From Candidatus Omnitrophota bacterium (GTDB lineage Bacteria > Omnitrophota > Gorgyraeia > Duberdicusellales > 4484-171), in contig JBAZGN010000006.1 in NCBI GenBank assembly GCA_041652815.1, positions 1 to 45,569 on the forward strand: a stretch of 45,569 nt of DNA, given 5' to 3'. The notes under the pieces were generated by a model. The model was not told where the DNA came from, did no database searches, and worked only from the letters and a program-made list of their open reading frames with translations. The position numbers were made by a program, and so were the translations under genes. Positions 35,959 through 44,596 of this stretch are shown one piece after another. The number at the start of each line of letters is the position of its first letter. Position 1 is the stretch's first letter.

Positions 35959-36981
35959 ATGATTGAAGTCAAAAGCGAAGGTGTAATCCTTGAGAGCTCA
36001 CGCAATGCGTTCGATAATCAAGCAGTACTAAATCCTGCCTGCGTCGAGGTAGACGGAATAACTCATATGTTTTACAGGGCCGTAAGGCAGGGCGACATGG
36101 TTTCTTCAATAGGTTACTGTCAGTTAGTTGACAACAAGGTAGTTAAAAGATTTGAACAGCCCGTCATTTTTCCGGAATATGATTACGAGGAAAAAGGCGT
36201 CGAAGACCCCCGGATTGTTTTTTTAAACGGGATATACTATCTTTTTTATACTGCTTATGACGGCAAAAATGCCATTTTTGCTTACGCTACAAGTGCTGAC
36301 CTTATCAATTTCGTAAAGCACGGGGTAATATCTCCACGCATTACTTATGCCGAAGCGGGCAAATTATTTGGTTGCTCAAGAATAAGGGTAAGGGAGAAAT
36401 ATTTTTTCTTTGAATCATACATAAAAGACAGGCAAGGCGCTGATATATTGTTATGGGAGAAGGATGCCTTTATCTTTCCTAAGAAATTTAACAATAAATT
36501 CGCGTTAGTCCACCGTATACTTCCGGGAATTCAAGTGATTTATTTCGATGATTTTAAAGATCTTACCGATGATTATTGGAGGGAGTATCTTAAGAATTTG
36601 GGTAGCTACATTTTGTTCGAATCCAAATACAGGTTTGAAAGCAGAAATATCGGTGGCGGATGTCCACCCATTAAAACTAAGGATGGATGGCTTTTGATTT
36701 ATCATGGCATAGAGGATTCGCCTCAAGGCAGAGTCTATCATGCGGCAGCCGCATTGCTAGACATTGACAATCCGGCTAAAGTTATAGGACGTATGAAGCG
36801 GCCTTTGTTTTCTCCGACTGAGAAATGGGAAAAGAGCGGAGACGTCGATAACGTTGTTTTTCCTACAGGAACAGTGCTGAGAGGCGACAGATTATATATC
36901 TATTACGGCGCAGCCGATAAGCTCATAGCGGCTAAGTCTGTTGATATCAATGAGCTTTTGGCAGAGCTCAAAAAACAGTAA
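35959..36981 (+). CDS. GH130-like (COG2152) glycosidase/phosphorylase
   Basis: VLNPA, GVEDPRI, GGGCPPI, LIYHG, NVVFPTG, IYYGAAD. Confidence 0.88.
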   Translation: MIEVKSEGVILESSRNAFDNQAVLNPACVEVDGITHMFYRAVRQGDMVSSIGYCQLVDNKVVKRFEQPVIFPEYDYEEKGVEDPRIVFLNGIYYLFYTAYDGKNAIFAYATSADLINFVKHGVISPRITYAEAGKLFGCSRIRVREKYFFFESYIKDRQGADILLWEKDAFIFPKKFNNKFALVHRILPGIQVIYFDDFKDLTDDYWREYLKNLGSYILFESKYRFESRNIGGGCPPIKTKDGWLLIYHGIEDSPQGRVYHAAAALLDIDNPAKVIGRMKRPLFSPTEKWEKSGDVDNVVFPTGTVLRGDRLYIYYGAADKLIAAKSVDINELLAELKKQ

Positions 36982-37000
36982 TCGGAATTTTTTATTAAAA

Positions 37001-39250
37001 ATGAATACAACTTTTAAGATTGTTTATTTATCCACTTTCCCTTCCAGAGAGTGCGGCATAGCTACTTTTACTGCAGACCTAACGGCTGCGATGGATGATT
37101 TACTCGGACCTGTCATTGAATCGAGAGTAGCCGCACTTAATCTTGATGATGTCTCACGTTACAGCTATTCAAGAAAAGTTATTTTCCAAATAAACCAGTA
37201 TTCTGAGCAGGAATATATTAAAACTGCTAAAAGCATCAACGATATGAATGAGGTTAAGCTTGTTAATATTCAGCATGAATTTGGTATCTTTGCAGGCGAA
37301 TACGGTTCATACGTTATTTCTTTCCTGTCGGCGCTCAAGAAACCATCGGTTGTAACTTTTCACAGTATCTTGCCTTCGCCAGAGGAGAAACGTAAGGCGG
37401 CAGTCCGTTCGATAGCCGAAAAAGCAAGCGGATTAGTCGTGATGACTAATCTTTCAAGGGAGATTCTTATCCGTGAATATGGGGTAGCTGAAGAAAAAAT
37501 TTCAGTGATTCCGCACGGCATCCATTCTATGCCCTATGTCTCCAGTGCAAAAAATAAGGCTACGTTAGGCCTTCCAAAAAAGGTAAACCTTTTGACGTTT
37601 GGATTGTTAAGCAGAGGCAAAGGCATTGAATATGTAATAGAGGCTTTGCCCAAAGTTGTTAATGCCTACCCGGATATTTTGTATATAGTTTTAGGGGTTA
37701 CTCATCCGAATGTTCTTAAAGAAGAAGGGGAAAGCTATCGTAAATCCCTAATCCAAAAAGTTTACGATCTTGGGCTTTCTTCTCACGTAAATTTTTATAA
37801 TGAGTATGTTTCTGTGGATAAGCTTCTTCATCTTTTAAGGTCCGCGGATATCTATATTTCAACTTCTCTCGACCAGAATCAAGCTGTTTCAGGGACATTC
37901 TCTTATGCGTTGGGTTCGGGAAGGCCGGTAATCTCCACTCCTTTTGCGCAAGCAAGAGAAGTCATTACTTCTGAGTTAGGGAGATTAGTTAATTTTAGGG
38001 AACCGGGTTCTTATGGCGAAGCTATCATGAGCCTTTTGAAAGATTCTTCTTTAAGGGAGCAACTTGGAAAGAACGCATATTACAGGACCCGTAATATGAC
38101 ATGGGAAAATGTTGCCCTTGAGTATTCAAAATTATTCTCAAAATATTCCAGCGATATCGCCGGAGTAAGCGAACACAAGAAAATTCCCCGGATTAATCTT
38201 AATCACATTCTTCGTCTTACAGATGATTTTGGGATTATACAGTTCGCCAAGCTGTCTTTACCGGATATTTCATCGGGTTATACGCTTGATGATAACGCGC
38301 GAGCCCTGATAGTTGCGTGTTTATGTTATGGCGAATTGGGAAAGGCGTTTAAAGCGGTGTATCCTGAAAGGCAGAAAAGTGAATTGCTCAAACGCATAGA
38401 GGTGTATTTAAATTTTATTAAATTTGTTCTAGGCGATGATTGTGTGTTTCACAATTATGTAAAGCCCGACAGGTCAATAAATATCGAGCTTAACAAAAAA
38501 GACAACCTTGACGATGCTAATGGCCGGGCTCTTTGGGCATTGGCGGTAGCCGCCACGGCAGATTACTTACCGGACAGCGTAAGGGATAAAGCCTTTTTTT
38601 TAATAAAGAAAAGGGTAAAAATGTATAAAATGTTTGAATCTCCGCGGTCAATCGCTTTTTGCGCAAAGGGGATTTACCTGCTTTTAAAAAAAATACAGGA
38701 GATTGAAGGTAAGGACTTAAAGGAATTATTGGTTGTTCACTGCGATAAGTTAGTATCGCTTTATCAGGGAGCATCATCTGAGGAATGGCAGTGGTTTGAA
38801 CATTACTTGACTTACTCTAATGCTGTTTTGCCGGAGGCTCTTATTTTGGGGCACGAACGTACCGGTAATAGGGAATATCTGGATATAGGCATTAAGACAT
38901 TGGATTTTCTGATAGGCAAGACTTTTGTCGGCAGGACATATGCACCAATAGGCCAGGATGGTTGGCATCATAAGTTTGGAGAGCGCCGCTATTTCGATCA
39001 GCAACCAGAGGATGTTTCGGCGATGATCTACGCTCTTGCTACGGCGCATGCGCTAACCGGAGAGGATTCTTATAGAAAGCTTATGCATGAAGCTTTTAAC
39101 TGGTTTTTAGGTGACAATAGCCTGAAGCAGGTTGTTTATGACAGGATTACGGGGGGATGTTATGACGGCCTGGGAGAGAGAAATATTAACCTTAATCAAG
39201 GGGCTGAGTCTACTTCGTCGTATCTGCTGGCAAGGCTTGCTATGGTATAG
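37001..39250 (+). CDS. GT4 glycosyltransferase fused to a C-terminal (alpha/alpha)-barrel-like domain
   Basis: STFPSRECGIATFT, IQHEFGIF, FGLLSRGKGIE, GYTLDDNARAL, NQGAEST; ATG 37001. Confidence 0.88.
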   Translation: MNTTFKIVYLSTFPSRECGIATFTADLTAAMDDLLGPVIESRVAALNLDDVSRYSYSRKVIFQINQYSEQEYIKTAKSINDMNEVKLVNIQHEFGIFAGEYGSYVISFLSALKKPSVVTFHSILPSPEEKRKAAVRSIAEKASGLVVMTNLSREILIREYGVAEEKISVIPHGIHSMPYVSSAKNKATLGLPKKVNLLTFGLLSRGKGIEYVIEALPKVVNAYPDILYIVLGVTHPNVLKEEGESYRKSLIQKVYDLGLSSHVNFYNEYVSVDKLLHLLRSADIYISTSLDQNQAVSGTFSYALGSGRPVISTPFAQAREVITSELGRLVNFREPGSYGEAIMSLLKDSSLREQLGKNAYYRTRNMTWENVALEYSKLFSKYSSDIAGVSEHKKIPRINLNHILRLTDDFGIIQFAKLSLPDISSGYTLDDNARALIVACLCYGELGKAFKAVYPERQKSELLKRIEVYLNFIKFVLGDDCVFHNYVKPDRSINIELNKKDNLDDANGRALWALAVAATADYLPDSVRDKAFFLIKKRVKMYKMFESPRSIAFCAKGIYLLLKKIQEIEGKDLKELLVVHCDKLVSLYQGASSEEWQWFEHYLTYSNAVLPEALILGHERTGNREYLDIGIKTLDFLIGKTFVGRTYAPIGQDGWHHKFGERRYFDQQPEDVSAMIYALATAHALTGEDSYRKLMHEAFNWFLGDNSLKQVVYDRITGGCYDGLGERNINLNQGAESTSSYLLARLAMV

Positions 39251-39327
39251 AAGGGCAATGGCGTAGGTAAATTAAAGGTTACTTAATTTTATTTACTCTA
39301 ATTATATAAGAGCTGTGCGGGTGATAA

Positions 39328-39606
39328 ATGCGAAAAGTTATTAAGAAGTGGGGATGGTATAAAGTTCTGGCGAAAGGAAATGGATTTAAGGTTAAGTTAT
39401 TGTATCTTAAGCCGTTTGGGCAAACAAGTTTACAAAGACATAAACACAGGAGAGAGACATGGGTGTTCCTTGGCAGCCAAGAAGTAAAGATAGTAGAAAG
39501 GCTTAAGTGGCATCGCTTGAAGAATCCAGGCAAGAATGGATTAAGGTTAATAGAGGTGCAAACAGGGATATGCCATGAAAGAGATATAGAAAGGCAAAGG
39601 GAGTAG
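39328..39606 (+). CDS. Cupin resembling type II mannose-6-phosphate isomerase C-terminal domain
   Basis: KWGWY, SLQRHKHRRETW, WHRLKN, IEVQTG, DIER. Confidence 0.75.
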   Translation: MRKVIKKWGWYKVLAKGNGFKVKLLYLKPFGQTSLQRHKHRRETWVFLGSQEVKIVERLKWHRLKNPGKNGLRLIEVQTGICHERDIERQRE

Positions 39607-39609
39607 CAG

Positions 39610-39823
39610 GCTTTGGCGGTTTTTGGTATCAATTCATATAGCTTTTACGCTATAGTTAAGGCCATTAACCGATGCGCAGGTGTTAATAATTTATTTAATG
39701 CTTCGCTATCTTTCAATAAAAGACATTCAAATGGATAAAAACAAAGTTTTATTTGTCCATGTGTATAATTCAGCATGTGACCAAATAGTCGATGTCCGGT
39801 GTTTTGAACCAGATAAAACATAA
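39610..39823 (+). pseudogene. Decayed acr3 C-terminus plus arsC N-terminus
   Basis: ALAVFGINS..[frameshift]RPLTDAQVLI..[frameshift]FNASLSFNKR resembles the Acr3 end; MDKNKVLFVHVYNSACDQI (39731-39823) resembles the ArsC start. Confidence 0.6.
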
Positions 39824-39863
39824 CTATTTAGCTTCAAAAGAGTTAGACGATTTCTGGGTAAAA

Positions 39864-39979
39864 ATAACCGGACAAATAGAACAAATTTAGCGAGAGGATA
39901 TTTCTCAAATTTACCAATAGCTGCCTACGGAGAGGATGCCCCCTCTCGTGGATTATGTCTGCCCCTGGTGAGAGGAGTC
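39864..39979 (+). repeat. Hybrid repeat copy K (type I left part + type II right part, no type I promoter)
   Basis: AATAACCGGACAAATAGAACAAATTTAGCGAGAGG joined to AGCTG..GGAGAGGATGCCCCCTCTCGTGGATTATGTCTG..GGAGTC. Confidence 0.75.
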
Positions 39980-40037
39980 ACCTCTTAAATTTTACAATAA
40001 GCGTCTCTTAGGAATTCCCGTACAACTTTTAAAACCG

Positions 40038-40066
40038 TTGCTAAGATTTGGTACCGAGCCTATAAT
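40038..40066 (+). promoter_or_regulatory. sigma70 promoter flanked by a short inverted repeat
   Basis: TTGCTA-N17-TATAAT; CCCGTAC 40017-23 / GTACGGG 40071-77. Confidence 0.55.
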
Positions 40067-40234
40067 ATAAGTACGGGTGAAATAAATCATCTCCTGAACC
40101 TGAAGAAAATTACGATCGGTCGCTTACGATACTTTTGAATAAAACGCAAAGTATTTAATTAAATAAAAGCTTAAGGTGTTTGATTTTTGAAGCATAGAAA
40201 CGGCACTGTTTTTACTTAAAAAGATAGGAGAAGA

Positions 40235-40795
40235 ATGGGTTTTTTTGGTTTGATTTTGGCATTTAGTCCTTGGATCCTCTTTGCGATTATTACGTCCGGG
40301 CATACCCTGCTGCGGCTTAAAGTAGCCGTTATAGTTTCTTTTATAGCGGTTGTCATACTGGGATTTACAAAGATACACCGGGGTTTTATCCTCTGGGCCG
40401 GGGTCGCATTCTTTACCTTTAACCTTATTGCGGTAGTGATAATGAACAACGTCTGGGTTGCAAGGCATATGGGTATTCTGGCGAGCGGGACGCTGGCTAC
40501 CGCTACTTGGCTGTCGATTCTCCTTGGGCATCCGCTTACGCTTGCATATGCGCGCGCCTCTGTAGAAAATAAAGAGTGGAGTTCTCCCGGATTTATCCGG
40601 ACGGGTTACATAATGACAGGATTCTGGGGGATTGTATTCTTGGCGAATCTCCTGGTGAATATCGCCAAGTTGTATTACAGCGGCATTGCCGGGTGGATAT
40701 ATGAATTTATGCAGTACGGATTTCTTTTGATCGGGATGCTCTTTACGGTTTATTATCCGAAGCTGCATATAAAGAGACAGAGTATGAGAAAATAG
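40235..40795 (+). CDS. Hypothetical multi-TM membrane protein
   Basis: About 6 hydrophobic segments; RBS AGGAG. Confidence 0.65.
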   Translation: MGFFGLILAFSPWILFAIITSGHTLLRLKVAVIVSFIAVVILGFTKIHRGFILWAGVAFFTFNLIAVVIMNNVWVARHMGILASGTLATATWLSILLGHPLTLAYARASVENKEWSSPGFIRTGYIMTGFWGIVFLANLLVNIAKLYYSGIAGWIYEFMQYGFLLIGMLFTVYYPKLHIKRQSMRK

Positions 40796-40893
40796 AGGTA
40801 GTTCAATGCGCCCCCGGAGCTGTCCTAGTTGCTCTGGTATCTCAGCCGCGAGAAGGAGCCTGTTAAGAGAAGTAAATGATATAGGAGAGTAAA

Positions 40894-42099
40894 ATGAAAA
40901 AATTATTTAGCACCGTGTTAGCTCTGTGTTTTTTGGTTTCGATTGCTTACGCGCAAGAGATGAAAGCCGTCTCTGAGTTTGAAGGGGGAAAGCTGTACAA
41001 GGCCGGGAAGATAAACGTCCTCGAGCTTCGCGGAAGCTATCGCCAGATGGGCAGGCAGTATGGAGGGCTTCTTAAAGGCGATTGGGAGAAGTGTTACCAG
41101 ATCGCTTTTGAAAAATATTTCATCGGTAACAACGGCATGACTTACGAGACCCTCGATAAGATCGCTAAGGACTATTTCAGGAGATTGCCGAAGAGATTGC
41201 AGGACTTGATATACGGGATGGCAGAAACTTCCGGTATCTCCCTAGAAAAACATATCCTGCTGAATACTCTCGATGCCTGCGCCGAGATATGGGGCGCATA
41301 CGGCAAGTTGATACCGGGTACCCAGGGCATGGGCTGTTCCGCAATCGTAGCCTGGGGTAAATACACCGGTGGCGGGCCGCTAGTCGTAGGCCGTAATTAT
41401 GATTATTTATCTTATTTTGAAGAACTCCTGCCTTTTATGGAATGTGTTGTCTATAATCCGAACGACGGCTCCATACCGACAGCGAGTTTTGCGTTCCTAG
41501 GCGCCGTGTACACACAAAATGGCATGAACAAAAACGGAATATTCCTCGAACTTAATGATGAGGAGTCGACCGGGGCCATCACCAGGCGCGACCGGGTTCC
41601 AAACATGGCCAACCTAATGCTTTTCCTGCTCGACTACCCCACCATGGATGGCATAAATACCGGATTTAACACTACGCTGCCGGATTTCGCCTGCATTATA
41701 CAGGTGGCCGATAAAGATGCTGCTTATTCATATGAGTGGGCGACGTACGGATTACGCCGGAAAGCGGGCAGCGCGGACGGGCTGCTGGCGGTATCGAACG
41801 ATTTTACCGATCCGTCGTGGGGACTATGGCCGTCTCCACTAGGAGAGAGCACAGAGAGGCGTGAAAACCTCTACGCCCTCGGTGATAAGTACAAAGGCAG
41901 GCTTAATGTCGATACCATGAAAAAGCTATTGGGAATACCTATCGATAAAGGTGGCGCGACACGGCCTAAAAACCCTAAAATCGAGACTTTGTACCAGATG
42001 ATAGCCGTTCCAGCCGAGCTTAAGTGGTGGATAAACCTGACCGGCTATCAGGGCTGGACCGAGATCAATCTGGCCCCGCTTTTTGCGAAGGAAGAATGA
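40894..42099 (+). CDS. Exported C45-family Ntn-hydrolase (peptidase/acyltransferase)
   Basis: Signal peptide, G-C-SAIVAWG nucleophile site, VGRNYDY, GMNKNGI. Confidence 0.8.
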   Translation: MKKLFSTVLALCFLVSIAYAQEMKAVSEFEGGKLYKAGKINVLELRGSYRQMGRQYGGLLKGDWEKCYQIAFEKYFIGNNGMTYETLDKIAKDYFRRLPKRLQDLIYGMAETSGISLEKHILLNTLDACAEIWGAYGKLIPGTQGMGCSAIVAWGKYTGGGPLVVGRNYDYLSYFEELLPFMECVVYNPNDGSIPTASFAFLGAVYTQNGMNKNGIFLELNDEESTGAITRRDRVPNMANLMLFLLDYPTMDGINTGFNTTLPDFACIIQVADKDAAYSYEWATYGLRRKAGSADGLLAVSNDFTDPSWGLWPSPLGESTERRENLYALGDKYKGRLNVDTMKKLLGIPIDKGGATRPKNPKIETLYQMIAVPAELKWWINLTGYQGWTEINLAPLFAKEE

Positions 42100-42142
42100 T
42101 TAGCGGATAAAGGGGCTATCCCTGAACCTGAATTTACGCGGT

Positions 42143-42220
42143 AATCGCTCTAGTTGGCCTTATAATACAGTCTTGTATTATATAGAGAGGTTTCCTCTCG
42201 GCTAATACGAGAGTGACCCC
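42143..42220 (+). repeat. Left-truncated repeat copy L
   Basis: Promoter-spacer-like AATCGC..GGCCT, TATAAT 42161-66, AGAGAGGTTTCCTCTCG-N7-CGAGAG, GACCCC. Confidence 0.7.
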
Positions 42221-42384
42221 AGTTTTTTCTCTTTGAGAAAAAACTGGCTCCGTAGCCCTTCGTGAAAATATCCTGCTGTTTTAGGTAGTGTGGATATTTT
42301 CACGATATCTAGGGGCAAGGAGCTACATATATTTTTGAGATATATAGCAGCAAGGGGCAATGTTTCTTTTCTCAGCTAATTCAA

Positions 42385-42533
42385 AGAGAGGATCAGAGCC
42401 CTGATTCCTAACGGTAATCAGGGCTTCTTTATTTGTCGTCCTTCTTAGAAAGAATGTTTATTAATTTTTCATTTAGCTGTATGTAGAGAAGCCGTCCCCT
42501 TGTGGATTCTATCTGTCCTTAATGAAGGGAGTC
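42385..42533 (+). repeat. Terminator block copy 3 (partial) plus type II arm
   Basis: AGAGAGGATCAGAGCCCTGATTCCTAACGGTAATCAGGGCTTCTTTATTTGTCGTCC; TCATTTAGCTGTATGTAGAGAAGCCGTCCCCTTGTGGA..GGGAGTC. Confidence 0.75.
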
Positions 42534-42918
42534 AAGAAAGCTCTTTATTTTCACTTAAGCAGGAAATAAATATTCTTGCGAAATATTTAAGTTTAAAATA
42601 ATCAAATATTATATTCGAGTCCTTGTGGGGAGTATTTGATTTTTTAACCCTTTGTGATAATATATTACAAACAGTTTTTGTTGATATAAAATAAATCTCA
42701 AGGCAAATTTTATAATGTTAAAATTACATAACAACCCAATCTACATTACTCTAATACGCAGTCGAGCGAGTGACCGGTTGTAGTGGGTGATTAATATTGT
42801 TATAATTAATATAAAATTTACTCACCAGAGTAAGGTTGAGAGTCAAATCTTGCGAGGTGGATCGAACAAAACCTGAATAGCATAAAGCTATCGTTACAAG
42901 GTGGCAGAGATTTAGTAT

Positions 42919-43444
42919 TTGCACGAGCAGAAAATTTTATCCTATATTATGGATTATGATAAAACCACATATCGACCTATGATATGCAGTCAAGCTTCTG
43001 GTGCCTTTACTTGGAGCCCTCTTTCTGGTTTATGGACACTTGCTGATACTAGCCCCGATCAATTTATTTATCCCAACAATACCAGTTGGACTGTAGGCAT
43101 TGGCACTGGCACAAGTGCTCCGCAAGCAAAATTGCAAGTTATTGGTAGTAATAATCCTGTGCCTGCAATGACGTTTACCTCTGATAGTCAAGCCAACTTT
43201 ACGATGGATGTTACCGCAGGGTAGGACATGGCGAGTCTTGTCGGTGGAGCACAAATAAATTCTACAGGATCAGGATACAACTTTTTAAGTACAAGAAGTG
43301 GTTCTCATATTGTCCTACACGATAGAGCAATTAAATTTGACACTTCAGATTTCTACTACCTATACAGTTAGGGTAGTAGTAAGCGGGCTTACTGTAGGCA
43401 GTGAAAGGATGATTATCGATAATAATGATATTGTATCTGTTTAA
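42919..43444 (+). pseudogene. Decayed fragment of a VGIGT-repeat surface/fibre-like protein
   Basis: VGIGTGTSAPQAKLQV; reading continues in frame past TAG 43222-24, then a frameshifted ERMIIDNN segment; no clear start. Confidence 0.55.
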
Positions 43445-43500
43445 AGGTTAGTAATTCAGAGAAGAACGTCTGACCCGGCGAACCCACAGGAGGAAGAGGT

Positions 43501-44253
43501 ATGATTGAGACAATAAAAATAGTTAAATTTATTTTTTTAGTATTTCTCTTTATATGTGTGGCATCTACTATCAGAGCAGCTACTATGGTTACCCAGGATA
43601 TTGGTCTTCGTTTACGTGATGGTGTCGAGAATGTTCCTATGGCAGTTCAACCCGTGGCAGCTTCTACTTCGCCACTTAGAATTTATAAAAACGGAACTAT
43701 CTATGGTATTAAGCTCGTGCCGATTAATCATCCAGCTGCTACTAAAGTGCATATTAAATTACCTTCGGGTCAGGTTATGGCAATTCAGAGAGGATGTGGT
43801 AAGCCGTGGTATACGAACGCTGGCTTAGGGTCTCTAAATTCTACCACCGGAGTATATACTTTTTCTGGAGGTGCTGCCGGAGAAGCTAAACTAGTTAACT
43901 GTTGGACTTATTATGCCTGTGGTACTTCTGCTGGTTCAACAGATTGCTTTCCTGCCGCTTCTTCTTGTTCGCATAACGATAATTGGATAGTTTCTCCTTC
44001 GTCGCCCGACGGAGCTGTCGCTGCTATTCAAGCTACGGCAAATATGGTTTGTCAGATGCAGGGGTATAACAGAGCGGTTTCCTATCACTCAAAGTCCTGG
44101 CCAGCCTACCCCAGCTATACCTCACCAGGAGATAACGTACTCGCATATTGGAATACGAGTAGCTCCAGGTGGATACCGGTTAAACCTGCTAATGCTAGTC
44201 CGGTTAACAACTATCAACTACAAGATCTAAAATGTGATTGCAACCAACCTTAG
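43501..44253 (+). CDS. Secreted Cys-rich protein with DIGLR..SPLRI.KNG N-terminal domain
   Basis: RBS AGGAAGAGG, signal peptide, multiple Cys. Confidence 0.7.
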   Translation: MIETIKIVKFIFLVFLFICVASTIRAATMVTQDIGLRLRDGVENVPMAVQPVAASTSPLRIYKNGTIYGIKLVPINHPAATKVHIKLPSGQVMAIQRGCGKPWYTNAGLGSLNSTTGVYTFSGGAAGEAKLVNCWTYYACGTSAGSTDCFPAASSCSHNDNWIVSPSSPDGAVAAIQATANMVCQMQGYNRAVSYHSKSWPAYPSYTSPGDNVLAYWNTSSSRWIPVKPANASPVNNYQLQDLKCDCNQP

Positions 44254-44596
44254 TCATTTTATTCAATGACAAGAGATTTAGTTAGAGCAGCAGACTGCTT
44301 ATCCTCGGCTCCTATCCTCGGATTTAAACCCGTAAGCAGGATAGGGCTGTGAGTGAAGTCAGGATTTTCCTGGCTGAGCGAGGGCACCTGTGGCATAATC
44401 TGGCTATACCCAGATATTGGGAAGGCGGATATATGCGGTACAAATTCCAATGCCACTTGGTGTAGACACCAAAATATCGTAAGCGGGTATTGCAAGGCAA
44501 AATAGCCTATCTTGATAGAAAAAATTCGGAAAAATATTGAATTTAACCTAAGGGCAAGAGTATACTATTATACTAAGGATAAATAGGGGGTATTAT

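Noticed and set aside
40124-40768. 214 aa minus-strand ORF
   Set aside because: Antisense shadow of the 40235 membrane protein gene
15217-42220. CRISPR array
   Set aside because: Repeats are over 100 bp, degenerate and separated by kb-scale genes; no cas genes
42615-42636. tRNA 3' fragment (att site) TTCGAGTCCTTGTGGGGAGTA
   Set aside because: No T-stem partner, no CCA, and no cognate tRNA or integrase visible
43222-43224. TAG read-through or recoding
   Set aside because: TAG ends several intact genes here (znuA, nikR), and the same relic has a further stop and a frameshift, so decay is simpler
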